Origin: Phoronis australis | Taxonomy: Eukaryota; Animalia; Phoronida | NCBI GenBank assembly: GCA_002633005.1 | Contig: NMRA01000029.1 | Span: 450,956 to 514,955, forward strand | Direction of reading: 5' to 3' | Length of the DNA: 64,000 nucleotides | Shown: positions 1-12,920 of the stretch, piece by piece | How the letters are laid out: the number at the start of each line of letters is the position of its first letter | How positions within the stretch are numbered: the first letter of the stretch is position 1 | Notes under the pieces: generated by a model | The model's input: the letters and a program-made list of their open reading frames with translations, nothing else | What the model was told of the DNA's origin: nothing | The model's database searches: none | Position numbers and translations under genes: made by a program

Positions 1-1161
1 GCTGAGGCCCGCCTAAGTGCTACGTCGGAGCCTGCCTGCGCTGCCTCCGGCTGCTCGGCTGAGGCCCGCCTAAGTGCTACGTCGGAGCCTGCCTGCGCTG
101 CCTCCGGCTGCTCGGCTGAGGCCCGCCTAAGTGCTACGTCGGAGCCTGCCTGCGCTGCCTCCGGCTGCTCGGCTGAGGCCCGCCTAAGTGCTACGTCGGA
201 GCCTGCCTGCGCTGCCTCCGGCTGCTCGGCTGAGGCCCGCCTAAGTGCTACGTCGGAGCCTGCCAGCGCTGCCTCCGGCTGCTCGGCTGAGGCCCGCCTA
301 AGTGCTACGTCGGAGCCTGCCTGCGCTGCCTCCGGCTGCTCGGCTGAGGCCCGCCTAAGTGCTACGTCGGAGCCTGCCTGCGCTGCCTCCGGCTGCTCCG
401 CTGAGGCCCGCCTAAGTGCTACGTCGGAGCCTGCCTGCGCTGCCTCCGGCTGCTCGGCTGAGGCCCGCCTAAGTGCTACGTGGGAGCCTGCCTGCGCTGC
501 CTCCGGCTGCTTGGCTGAGGCCGCCTAAGTGCCGCGTCGGAGCCTGCCTGCGCTGCCTCCGGCTGCTTGGCTGAGGCACGCCTAAGTGCTACGTCGGAGC
601 CTGCCTGCGCTGCCTCCGGCTGCTTGGCTGAGGCCGGCTAAGTGCTACGTCGGAGCCTGCCTGCGCTGCCTCCGGCTGCTTGGCTGAGGCCCGCCTAAGT
701 GCTAAGTCGGAGCCTGCCTGCGCTGCTTCCGGCTGCTTGGTTGAGGCCCGCCTAAGTGCTACGACGGAGCCTGCGTGCACTGCCTTCGGGAGCTCGGCTG
801 CGGCCCGCCTAAGTGCTACGGAGGAGCCTGCCTGCGCTGCCTTCGGCAGCTCGGCTGCGGCCCGCCTAAGTGCTACGGAGGAGCCTNGGTCCGCCTAAGT
901 GCTGCGTCGGAACCTGTCTGCGCGGCCTCCGGCAGCTTGGCTGGTGCCCGCTCAAGTGCTGCGTCGGAGCCTGCCTGCGTGGATTCCGGCAGCTTGGCTG
1001 GGGCCCGCCTAAGTGCTGCGTCGGAGCCTGCCTGCGCGGCCTCCGGCTGTTTGGCTGGGGCCCGCCTAAGTGCTCTGTCGGAGCCTGCCTGCGCGGCCTC
1101 CGGCAGCTTGGCTGGGCTGGCTCGCCTAAGTGTTGCGTCGGAGCCTGCGTGCGCGGCCTCC
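1..1161. repeat. GC-rich 57-bp tandem minisatellite, about 20 units, running off the left edge
   Basis: The unit GCTGAGGCCCGCCTAAGTGCTACGTCGGAGCCTGCCTGCGCTGCCTCCGGCTGCTCG recurs every 57 bp. Units are near-identical up to about 480 and progressively more diverged after that. Confidence 0.97.
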
Positions 1162-1611
1162 TGTAATCTATTGAACTTAAAGACGAAGGCAACCTTTTTC
1201 ATGTCATTTTGAGCTAAAATATGGTTGGTTGGTTATCCTAGACATATTTTCCACTTAATTACAGCTTTTCTTAATTTGATTAATTACTCGTCCGCTTCTC
1301 CGGAATTGACGTTTTAGGAGGCAAGGATTTCCCGCCACTTGGTTTTGCGTTGAGTTTACCGTGCGAATTTGTTCTATTCTACTTTTGTTTTGTACTGTTT
1401 TTCAACAATTGTCGCCACCAATTTCCATCGGCGAGTATTCTGCGGCAACATATGGTTAATAGAGAACTCAACTACGTTGGATTTAGGGATTGTTTAGAGT
1501 GTTGTAAGCTGAAAATGGCTGGACTCGGTGACCAGTATCACAGTGACAGTAGTGTGAGTGACGGAGACCTTGTTCACAGCAGTGGTGACGAGGAATTTTT
1601 TCACGGACATT

Positions 1612-1917
1612 NAAAAACTTAAGAAGTCAGGAAAACTTAAGTTTCTATAATTGGAAAAACTAAAGTTTTCGAAAAACTTAAGAAGTCATGAAAACTTAAG
1701 TTTTGTGATAAACTTAAGTGATCAGAAAAACTTAAGTTTTGTTAGTTCAAAAAACTTAAGTTTTCATGAAAACTTAAGTTATTACTTGAAACTTAAGTTT
1801 ATTTGTGAAAACTTAAGTTTTACACCTGAAAAAATTAAGTTTTCTGAAAAACTTAAGTTTTCTGAAAAACTTAACATTGTGCTGAAAAACTTAAGTTTTT
1901 GGCGAAAAACTTAAGTT
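1612..1917. repeat. Array of about 16 copies of the palindrome AAAACTTAAGTTTT with short variable spacers
   Basis: AAAACTTAAG(TTTT) recurs with a period of about 18-23 bp. The 14-mer is its own reverse complement. Confidence 0.93.
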
Positions 1918-1932
1918 CATTTTTGTAAGGGC

Positions 1933-2303
1933 TCCTAAGTGCTACGCCGGAGCCTGCCTGCGCTGCCTCCGGCAGCTTGGCTGGGGCCCGACTAAGTGCT
2001 ACATGTACGTCGCAGCCACCCTGCCTTAGCTAGAGCCCGCCTAAGTGCTACGCCGGAGCCTGTCCGCGCTGCCTCCGGCAGCTTGGCTGGGGCCTGCCTA
2101 AGTGCTACGACGGAGCCTGACTGCCCTGCGTCTGGCAGCTTGGCTGGGGCCCTCCTAAGTGCTACGCCGGAGCCTGCCTGCGCTGCCTCCAGCAGCTTGG
2201 CTGGGGCCCGCCTAAGTGCTACGTCAGAGCCTGCCTGCGCTGCCTCCAGCAGCTTGGCTGGGGCCCGCCTAAGTGCTACGTCAGAGCCTGCCTGCTTGGC
2301 TTG
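1933..2303. repeat. Second block of the 57-bp minisatellite, about 6.5 units
   Basis: Same unit (CCTAAGTGCTACG..GGAGCCTGCCTGCGCTGCCTCC.GCAGCTTGGCTGGGGCCCG) as 1-1161. Confidence 0.95.
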
Positions 2304-2750
2304 GTGAAATGTAGGTAGTTGGCGCGCATACATAACGCAGAAGACAGCAAAAGACGGCATTTTTGTTATTATTCGTTTTAGCAGTTGCATCAAATGCCGA
2401 CTCGTCCGAAAACAGAGGGACGCAGCATAGGCCGGTCAAATAGGACAACGAAAAATAGAAATTCGTGCAAACACAATGTGCTATTTAACAATGAATCATG
2501 AGGAGAATTCTGCTGTTTTCGCTTGGACTTGTGAGGTCACTGCTACACCAGGCGCGATGTTTATGGTTTTCATGCGCTGACGTTATCTTGCGGACAAAAA
2601 TCTTTCACCTTGTGTGGTAGCCTACTGTCGTACGGACTCAATGGCTTTATTAAAATCGAAGTGCCTGGTTCCTCAATGTAATGCTTATTCATTGTGAATG
2701 GACTTACATTATTTGTGTGATTGGGGCATCTTACTGTTATGCCACGTGCA

Positions 2751-3640
2751 TGGTTTCAAACGGTTACCTGGTGGGTTGATTTAGCTCACCTCAGGTACTG
2801 GGCGTGTCTGGCGGGGATAACCCACCACTAAATTTGTCTGACAGTATTTATTCTTGATACCTGGGCTTACGGCGAATACTTTGCAACTGGTTTCATCCGG
2901 TTACCTCTTGGGTTGATCTAGCTCAACTCAAGTCTTTGGGCGTGTCTGGCGGGGATAACCCACCACTTGATTTGTCTGCAAGTATTTATTCGTGATACCT
3001 GGGCTTACGATAAATAATTTGGAACTGGTTTTAAGCGGTTACCTCTTGGATTGATCTAGCTCAATTTTTAACCCTTTTTTATAATCGTCTGGCATGGGCA
3101 CCCCACCACTGAAAATGTCTGGCATCTAATAGTTGTGCCATGTACAGAGATGCTGAACATCGTGCAATTGGTTCCAAACGGTTACTTGGTGGGTTGATCT
3201 AGCTAGCTCAACGCGGGTATTTGGGCGTGTCTGGCGGGGCTAACCCACCACTAGATTTGTCTGGCAATGTTCATTCATGATAACTGGGCTTACGGTGAAT
3301 ATTTTGAAACTGGTTTCACGCGGTTACCTCTTGGATTGATCTAGCTCAATTTTTGCACCTTGTTTATAACCGTCTGGCTGATACTCCCCACCACTGAAAT
3401 TGTCTGGCAGTGGTCAATTTTGATGCAGTGAATTACGTAGGAGGTATCCAAGGCGGTTTGAAGTAATTACCAGAAAAGTTGATCTGGCTCAATTTCTGAG
3501 TGCCATTCTCTTGGCTTCCCTGACCACACCCACCAGAGAGAACCTGCCAGACGGCCATTTCCAAACATCAGGATATCCACAGAGCACTGTGACACCAAAG
3601 ACAATTGGTTACCTTTTCAAGCCCAAAAAGCTCTGGGGTC
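2751..3640. repeat. Diverged tandem array of about 137-143-bp units (about 6) with a conserved right-hand flank
   Basis: GGTTT...CGGTTACC...GTTGATCTAGCTCAA...CGTGTCTGGC...CCCACCACT recurs at about 2752, 2889, 3027, 3170, 3312 and 3455. Segment 3445-3640 is homologous to 29018-29240. Confidence 0.88.
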
Positions 3641-3714
3641 TCGATTTAATACGGAGCGTGGTGCATCTTTGATTAGGAGCTATTGCTGCAGTTACATGTA
3701 TATTAGATGTAGAT

Positions 3715-4140
3715 ATGGACGATGCAGATGAATGCCGGTTGAGTTCTGTAGACGCAAGAATCTCGCGAGTGTAGCTAGCGCAATCACGTTCCTTGCGCGT
3801 AATGTATGGCGATATCTCGCGAAGACTTGCATGATCATGCTTTTTACGAGTTTGTTACGTCTAGGGAACGTACACCTGAATTGGTTGAGAGACTTTCTCG
3901 CTTCAGAATATAAATATCTCGTTTTGATTACTTCTTTCTAGCTTATATGTGCCACATTCTCACATATTATACTTAAAAGCGACTCTAAACCGGCCTTCTG
4001 CACCCAAACTAACTTTTGATGGAGTTAGCACACTCCGCCATAACTCCGGCTTTAGTTACAATTTCCGTGCTTGAATTAAAGGCGATTCGTTTGTGTGAGA
4101 AAAACAGCCAGACTATTTGTGCTTGAGATCGAACTCCGCT
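3715..4140. repeat. Dispersed repeat of about 400 bp, copy 1 (others at about 5350-5770, 14110-14330, and inverted at about 25280-25440)
   Basis: All four places share the core TGCATGG(CGATATC)..GAAGACTTG..TGA. The first three also share GTTTGTT.CGTCTA..GAACG, and the first two align over about 400 bp. Confidence 0.8.
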
Positions 4141-5349
4141 AAAATTTTTACCCAAAGTGTTCTTTTATAGGCCGAAATGTCAGTTCGCCAATAGACCAGA
4201 AATCATTTCTCACATAGGTAAGGAAATTTTGAGGTCAATTTTAAACCTGAAAGTGGTCTAAAACTAAGCCAAAGTCTGACTTGTAGCCGTGTAAAAAGAA
4301 AACGGTCATTTAAGTTACACAACGTTGAAAGCCATGTCATAGCACATAAACAGCGAAAGACATTCAAGGGTACCTCACGGTACAAAGCACAGTACAATAC
4401 GATACAATACAACATATAAGTCCTATTACAAAATAATTCCAAGCACCACTGATGTCTCAGTTATGAATTATCATCGCTATGAAACATCGGTTGTTACGAA
4501 TGTCTACTTTAACTGTTTGTTCACTGATGCGAATAAAGACTACTTGATGCCATTCTGGAAAGCCGTAATATTGACACATACCAACGCTGGATGTCCCAAA
4601 GAGACTCAAAATGTAATATTTGTGGAAATATCTGGAAAAAAACCATAGTAAAAAAGTATCTGTACATATTTACCCATTTCCAACTGCCGACTTTTTAACA
4701 AATAGATCCAATTAAATCCAAAAATGGATCGAATGTACAATAAAAGCTAGTCATCTGTAGTTCCTATGCATGTCCTTGCGTCTTTCAGTTATGCTCAGTT
4801 ACAATGCCCACCACAAACGGGAATGGAAGAGGAAAATCACATTTTTTGTAGCGATCGCGAAGATGTCAAAACGAGAATGACTATTTCCTGTTTTTGGCAA
4901 ATAGAGTCATCAGGGTCAACACAAACAAATTGCATCCATGTGTTTGTATTGACTTGACACACCAGTTCGATGATTTTTTCACCGGCATCCATAAACATTT
5001 TGACGTAGTATAAATGACGGAAACCACAACGACCTGAACATTGCAATAAAGCAGGGCTGTTAGTAATTCACGCACCTGTGTCAGTTAAAATAAACTTAGA
5101 GATAACGAGCGGCTCCTCACGGACACGACACTGTAGTTAAGTGAAATTGCATTACATGGTAGTTAACATTATCGTAGTAGCCGAAACAGTTTCTTTAACA
5201 AAACATGCTTTATACATCTTGTTTGTGTTTCAAAACTTGGTGAAGTCTAAATTCTTTCGTTTTTTTCTTCAGGATGAGACGACGATGTTCGTTTTACGGC
5301 GGGTGGTGTCGCTTTAGTTGGGACTGTTGCTTCAATTATCTTAGTTGTA

Positions 5350-5770
5350 GACATGGAAGATGCAGATCTTAATGAATGCCAGGTTGAGTTCCGGAGTTGC
5401 AACAATGTCGCGAGTAAATTTAGTACGATCATGCGCTTTTCCTGCAATGCATGGCAAAGACTTGCGTGACCTTGCGTTTTCGCCAGTTTGTTGCGTCTAC
5501 GGAACGGGTACCTGAATTGATTGGGAGACATTCTCAGTTCAGAATATACATGTAAATGTCTCATTTACACTATTTCTTATTAGCTGATATGTGTCACATT
5601 CTTGATCATTTACTTAAAAGTGCTGTGAACCCTCCGTCCATAACTTTGACTTAGGACACTTACCGTTATAAATCTGATTTTTACTTGATCCATACTCGAA
5701 TTGGAGACGATTCATGAGTTTGGGAAGAACTGACAGTTCATTATCGCTTGATATCAGGCTCTGTCGAGTT
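5350..5770. repeat. Dispersed repeat of about 400 bp, copy 2
   Basis: Colinear with 3715-4140 (ATGGA.GATGCAGAT..GAATGCC.GGTTGAGTTC...CCTGAATTG.TTG.GAGAC.TTCTC..TTCAGAATATA). Confidence 0.8.
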
Positions 5771-6124
5771 ATGTTTTCATGGCGTGTCCTTTAATGCACC
5801 GGTCTCAACAATATAAAATTGAACAAATAATAACATTAATAACAATACTACTAAAAATGATAATACTGATGATCATAATGATAACAAAACATTTCGATTT
5901 TCCAACGTGAATGTATACTAATATGGTCTCCAATTCAAATTAACAATCAAAAAAGTCACGTGCGTTATGTTGAGAGTATGATTAAATCGTAGTCTGTAGC
6001 AAGACGACATTGTATGAAATAGTACAGGTGGTTCGATACACGTTGCGTCAGTCGCGACCATTACACCATTTACATTTAATACACATACATCACATCGATA
6101 TGAACACGAGCCGAGGAGCAGCTG

Positions 6125-6196
6125 GGTCCCGTGAGATTCGAACCTACGACCATGTGAAAAGGAGGTGGATACTCAATCCACTGGTCCACACTGCCT
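6125..6196 (-). mobile_element. tRNA-derived SINE head or tRNA pseudogene
   Basis: The minus strand reads GGCAGTGTGGACCAGTGG (A box) and GGTTCGAATC (B box) at tRNA-like spacing. No clean cloverleaf is visible. Confidence 0.55.
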
Positions 6197-6519
6197 CCTC
6201 TCAAAATTATAAAACATGTCCAACCATTTTTTTATCAAAAAAGCCAGCGCAATCAACATGAATTGGAAAACATCAATGTGTTAAATCAAAAACAGTATCA
6301 TCAGTTTCACATCAAAAGGCTTTGAATTGCTTGTCTCTAATATGGCGATACTAATCATAATTAATGACCAGCTGCATACGAATTTTGTCACTTTATTCGT
6401 CTCATTTAGTTTATTAATAGAATATGGTTCGTTTTCCTCGCCTTCTCTTGCTATTACACAGTAAATAAAAACTTTTCTGAAAATTGAAGGGAAGCCCAGG
6501 TCAAATTAATAAATGACCC

Positions 6520-7565
6520 TCGCCAATAATCTTGAACCTAACCGCTCTTCTCAATCTTGATCAAATTGTCATTCACCTCTTTGATGGCTGCCTTGACATG
6601 TTCCACATCTTTCAAAGACCCGCTGTCCGACTTGTCTAAGTATTTAACTGGTTTTCTGCTCCCAGATTGAATGGCCTCTGATCCTGTCTTGAACGTGTAG
6701 CGTGGGTTGACTTTTCCCTTTACGATCACAATGTACCAGACTTCTCCACCTTGAAACTCATGCGTGCCCAATTAGCTAGTTCGCCCAGTGTCTTGACCAA
6801 CCAGGCGGCACCTACAGCAAACCCTGTTGTAATCGTCAAATCATCCACAAATGTTCTGCAAGGTGGCGTCCTTTTACCCTGCACTCTTTCCTAGCCCGCT
6901 TGATGATAACATTCATAGCCATGATAAAAAGGATGATCGATATGGTGCTCCTTGTCACTGTCCCTTTTCCAAGCGGCTGCCAGTCCGTAGTGAAGACGTT
7001 GACTGTGAACCTCACATAAGTCCCATGGAAATAGCTTGTAATGAGATCCCGAAGTTCTCCAGGAATATGGTAGGCCTCCATTGCCAATTCAATTAGTGCG
7101 TGGGGCATCGATCCATAGGCATTTGCCATGTCCAGCCATACCACTGATAAATCTGTCTTGAGCTCTGTTATGGCACTATTATGCTCCAGACACCCTGCAT
7201 ATCGAGGAATTCCACCCTTCTGTACCGATGCATCTACAAACTTGTTGCTCAGGAGATAACTCGTCATCCTGCCTGAAATGACTGCAGAAAAGATCTTTCC
7301 ATCTACATCTATGAAAATCACCAATCCTGATGTCTTTCTTCACCTTTGGGATGTACACCCCCTCTACTTTAGACCAAGCATACCCCCTCTGCTTTACACC
7401 AAGCATCAGGCAAAATCTTCTGTCTCCATGTAACTCTCAGAAGCTTCCACAGACGTTTCAGCAGCCTTGGACACTTGAATAAATCTGTTTTCCCTTTACA
7501 AAAACTTGCTGGGAGGAAAGCATTTCTCTGGTTTAGCAGGACATGGTCTCCTTGAACCTGAAATA
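6520..7565 (-). mobile_element. Decayed non-LTR retrotransposon reverse-transcriptase fragment, HERO/R2-like clade
   Basis: Frameshifted translation gives KCPRLLKRLWKLLRVTW, EGVYIPK, GKIFSAVISGRMTSYLLSNKFVD.SVQKGGIP..GCLEH and DLSVVWLDMANAYGSMPH. These are RT motifs typical of HERO-type elements. Confidence 0.88.
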
Positions 7566-10500
7566 CTTGTCTTGTCTTTTCATTTAAAAAGCTGTATTGT
7601 GAGGCAGATTACAATGCATTGTAAAAGCAAGCGTTTCTGATGTTGAGACTACTCTGAACACATTAGCGTTCTTTTCTTTAAAAAAATTCCAGGTTTAAGT
7701 AGGGCTTAAATAAGCCCGTAGCCGGGGTGGGTTTGGGGGGCTCGATCGAGCGGAAAAGGTCCAGCCCCAGCATATCCGTTACGAATAGGATATACATGTA
7801 CATGTAGATGAAAAACAATATCAACAAAATTGTTTTAGATATTACTGGTGCTACTAACTACAATAATAATCAAGTTGCTAATAATTTCAAATTTGGTTCT
7901 GAATCAAATCGCTTTAATATTTGACTTGGACCGTATCCGGCCAACATCGTCAAGTGGCCATGTGTTTGCGTACAAGGTGAAAGGTTTGTACGGACGACTA
8001 TTAGAAGATGCTTCATCTTAAGCCATTGACTACCACGTTGATCACGCGTGGTGAGTGTACCATAGGGTAACACGGGCCTGTAACTAAATGTCTATAACTA
8101 TAGAGCAGCGAGAGGTCCAAAAAGTAGTGGGTGAATGGGTTAAAATCTATCAACCAACAGAACAGCACTTTTGTTACCTGATTTTTAGGTTTAGTTGCCA
8201 GCGTTGTGTGATGTGCAAGCTCTTCAGTTTAATTTTCAAATTGAAAGTGAAGGCGTCCCAAATGTTGCTCAGCCAGTGCACGCTATATAGTTGTGGACTG
8301 GTGAATTAACATGCATGGGATGTGTGCGTTTTTATTCTTTTAAATACAGTACACGTAACTTCAATAGGCAGTCTTTTATCGTTGCTTGAAAAGCAGACAT
8401 TTCACTACCCGCTGACCAGCATGTTCACGTTATTAAGATTAGACATTAAAATAAATTTTCGGCCAACGAAGAAAAGTCTTCTCTTGTAAATTGTTGTCAA
8501 TGGTGCACAACCTCACAAACTTTACACGAGCAACAAACAAACTTGTTGGAAGAGATTTCCAAGGTTACATGTCTCTTCTAAGTTTACTGCTAAGGTTCAC
8601 TATTGCGAATCCAGATTCACAAGTACGACAGTTATGTCTGCTAATGAGGCGGAACTGACATTCATAAACTATTGTATACGTGTCCATTTAGTAACAATTT
8701 TAAGGGTGTGCAAAAAATGAAGAGTTCTTAAATTATTGATTGCTTAGTTTGCCAATGAGCTCTGTTCCAATCATTCACAATCGCGACTCCTGAATTTAAA
8801 ACGACTCATTTTAAAACAGGGGCAACATCGGGTGCACTTGGTATTTCATTTCATGGTTACGGCGACTTAGGGACGGATTAGGGAAAAGCGGATGTAACTC
8901 TCTGATTTGGTGAAAACTGGCAGGACCTGGGTACCTCAGTAAATATAGTTTCAACTCTATACCTATTTCGAAGTGGTGGGTGAGGTCGAAGTGCTACGGA
9001 TTAACTTCTTAGTCACATTGTAAAATGATGCGATCTTGACATGGATTTGGTGAATGTATCGAGGTTAATAATTCACCAATATACCTACTTCATATTTTTT
9101 TCAAAATTCTAGTAAGCATTCATTTTCCCGTATTCATAAGAAATGCTTTGGAGCCCACTTTCGCATGCACAAAACACCCAAACAGTTACAGTTTCTTATA
9201 ATAATACACGGATGTTGTTCTCAGTATCATTACCACACGTAGATATGCCACTGTGTCTTAACCGAAATGTGTGTTTTTGAATATGGAAGTAAAGAAATTA
9301 TATCTTAGTCCGAAATTTCACACATTTTCGGGGTTGTGAACCTTCGAGGTTGTGAACCTTTGGAGTATTCCCTTCGGAGTACTGGGCTGTTCCCAGTTCC
9401 AACTTAAGTAATCTTACAAAAAATTCTTCAACTCATTTTCATACTAAATGTTTCCGTCTGTAAATGAGATGGAGTATAATCATTCAGTTTTAAAGCACGC
9501 ATTATTCGAAGGTTTGGTAGAGAGTGACCCTCAGTAATCCAGAAATAGAGCTTTGTCGATCACAATGCATCCGAGCTTTGGTCTCGTTTTGCGGGTAACT
9601 GTCATAGCATCCTCATTTCTTGGACTAGATCTACGAATTCCGTCTTATTCCAGGAAAATGGAGCAGCCAAGATTCATCGTCGGGTAGACAGATTTCTTTT
9701 CTTTTGGGCTTAGCTGCCTTAGAGTGCTACGGAAAAAATGGCCGATGTTTGCGAAATACATGTATGACCAAAAGGTTCACCGTTTTAGAAATTCGATCCA
9801 CCCTCCACGCAATGCTGGCTACGAGCCTGTTAAAGCAGTCTTTAGTTTGGCTTTTGCAAAATGTTTGGTTATTTATGTGACTTCCGTTTCATACAAAACA
9901 GGGCAATTCTCGAGTTTTGAGCTCATTTTTGAAAAAGCTAAAATGGTGGATAGTTTTTAAGATAAGTTTTAAAACTTACGTAACGCTGCTATAACAACAA
10001 CGTCGACATGGAAAAGTCTATTTTTATGTTCTCAAGCATACAAACAAATTACAATACGACATACTGTGCAAAGGTGCAAAGACTATCATAAGGTAGTTTT
10101 CAAAATAAACTGGAAAATGTAAAAACTTGGGTTTAGGCGCAAGAAACGGCTAATAAATATTCATTTCATTTCGACTAGAATCCATTTCAATTCTAGATAA
10201 ATCTCAGCAAAAACTCAACAGTTGTTGTTCCATTTAGGCAATCGAAATCGCGAGATCTTACTACATATTAGTCCATTCACAAACAATTAGTTACTAGGCG
10301 CATGTCCAACAAGAGTTCGACTAATTTGACAAATAATTCCGACAAGAGGTTTATCCAAGTGTAGTATAGCCAGGAAGAGCTCTGTCGACGTCTGTCCATT
10401 TTAAAAACTTTGGTACACGTACCATTGAAATTCAACATCGCAATAATAAATTTTATTTTTAATTATCAATGAATTTACTTCTGTAATAAAGACCACAGGC

Positions 10501-11030
10501 CCACTGCACAAAAGAACAACGTGTAAAATACTTAAAAGTGCAGCAAGTTATCGCGGAGTCAAAAAGCACAAAATACATATTTACATAGGTTAACTAATTT
10601 AGCATCATCACTTGTTGACATTAATCTATTGAACTTAAAAAAGACGGAATATTCCAGTGGTACACTTCAATATAATTTTCTCTCAGTTCAGAATATTTAT
10701 CACAGCTTAGAAGAAAACATTGAGGCAGAAGGGACACACTCTTTGCCGTATTTAAATTCAAGTGCCTGGTACTTCAATCATGAGAATGAGGTTAGAACAA
10801 CTAAAACGTACTATGGACACAATTTGTGCACGGGGTATACTCAAACTTAAATTTTTCCCATTTGAATTCTTTTGTAATTTGAGTATAAAAATAAGGCTTT
10901 TGATTACTCTCGACACTCTGTTTCCATCCTTGCAAATAATAATCCCTTATTCAAAAATTAGCAGAATAATATTTTCACACAGAACGCCTTGATTTAACCA
11001 AACTTCTTGAAATCTATACTTTGACAATAT

Positions 11031-12288
11031 CAGCCGATTTCATAAAGGTGGTTTAACAAAAAGGTTTTGTTAGATCAGGGAGCTGGTTTAGTAAAGCCAG
11101 GTTTAAAGTATCTAAGCCACCCTGCTGTGTCGATCTGTATTAACCCAACAAAGAAACTATTGAAGTACTTCATGAAACCTTGATCACGTGGGTATACAAT
11201 GGCACACACTAGTAGAATCAGTGCAGACATTTGCGAAAAAGGTGTAAAAGCTTTTCTCATGAGGAAAAATGTAATGTGTGTGACCAACACACGTATACAC
11301 ACATTAAAGTACATGCTCACGATTAGCCGTAATATCATAAATGTCCAAATATATTTCCGTGAAATTTTAGTGTTTACTTTTCGCGGCCAAAGGGGGGGGG
11401 GCAAGACCCCTTCCCGGCAACATTATGTCGGAGACCAATGGAGGTGGAACTCAGAAGAATCAGAAAATGCTGTCTTCAGTCAAACCAGTAGCGCTTATGA
11501 CGATGACGCCCTGCTCGACCAGTCGTATTCTGAAGAATCCGCAGGAGACTATCCAGCACGAACTGGTCTACACATAGGCGGATCCAAGGGGGTCAAGGGG
11601 TCCGGACTCCCTTTTTGCTTGATTTTAGTGAGATCAAATCTATAATTTTCAAATTGTTGACTTGGTCCCTCCTTTTAAAAAGTCCTTGACCGACCCCCTC
11701 CCCTTAAAAGTCGTGGATTCGCCCCTGCTACGTTTGATCTTGAGTCGCCGTAGAACTGAACATTGAAAATAGTCCATTTTCGCTCTAAAACTGCGTCATC
11801 AATGCACACCGCGGCCTCATTCAGTTCTACCTATATCATGCAAGTCTGTCATATTTAACACTTAAACTTAAGCCTGACCAAGTCTAAAGTTAAACCTGGT
11901 TTAAGATCTCAATACAGATCCAAAGAATATAGGCTTCTTTGTTGAAATGAAAACTGACTTAGATGTCACTATCAATCATTTTTTACTTTTACCGTAATCT
12001 TATTTGTCTGAATGTATGTCTTTTTGGTATGTTGTATTGTGTTGTGTTATTTTGTGGGCCGTCGTTAACAAATCAATGAATCAATGCACTCGTTACTAGT
12101 AGTAATTTGGTAACGCCGTGCACTGTGATTTTGCCTAGGCATTCCCTGACGTCATAAATTGGAGTTAAACCAGGTTTTACTAGACCACTGGTCTAAAAGT
12201 TAAGCCACCTTAAAAGATTATCTTTAAGCCTGGTCTAAGTCCAGTTTAAACCAGGTTTAACTTAAAACCACCTCTATGAAATCGGCTG
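11031..12288. mobile_element. Non-autonomous TIR element, PIF/Harbinger-like
   Basis: TIRs CAGCCGATTTCATAAAGGTGGTTT and AAACCACCTCTATGAAATCGGCTG, with subterminal AAACC(A/T)GGTTT motifs. The TSD is not clean. Confidence 0.75.
11573..11727. mobile_element. MITE with 5-bp TSD (hAT5-like), nested in the Harbinger-like element
   Basis: Ends CATAGGCGGATCC and GGATTCGCCCCTG; flanks CTACA and CTACG. Confidence 0.75.
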
Positions 12289-12920
12289 TAATAGTCCAAG
12301 ACTCGATCTACATGTTGGGGACGAGGTGACGAGGTGAACTACCCGGGCTGTGTGAAATTTCTGGGTCTAACGGAGACACTGACGCAGTGGTCAGCCAGCT
12401 CGCTGAATAAAGACTATAGCCAAAATCCAAATTCGTTTATCGTGTCCCTGTCAATAATATAATGGCATGCTAAAGTTTCTTAATGTTCGTACTTCAGGAA
12501 CATAACAATCACGTGTTTTGTACACATACGCGCACGCCGCAGATCAAATCTCGGAAATTTCCGATTTGACGGATGACAATGAATGAGCACAATGAAATTA
12601 AACAACGTCGTTTTGAAGCTTGTAAGATTCATAATAAACGTATTTAGAATATTGCAATGCATGTGTTCCCAAATCTAAATAACTTTTGTCCTATATTTTC
12701 GTATTCGTGCGTGCCAAATGAAAGTAATAGTGAGTGTTGCTGCGTTGCAAAATCTCTTATCCTGGGCCGATTTGAAAAATTCAAAGTTGTACTCATATTT
12801 GTTTTCGCTCTCACTTTCCTTTCAAATATTATAGTAAAAACTACGTAAAACCCTCTCCATAAACAGTACAGTTTGCTACGGTAAATTGTAATCAGCTGAT
12901 CATATCTGCATGAGCGAAGC

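Noticed and set aside
1612-1917. CRISPR-like appearance (palindromic repeats with variable spacers)
   Set aside because: Repeats are 14 bp and spacers only about 4-9 bp, there are no cas genes, and the context is eukaryotic with introns.
589-2393. Ala/Cys/Arg-rich ORFs in the ORF track
   Set aside because: They arise from the 57-bp repeat, are broken by frameshifts, and have no supported start or splice structure.
4837-5034. Cys-containing minus-strand ORF after a plausible acceptor
   Set aside because: No recognisable domain and no partner exons could be linked to it.
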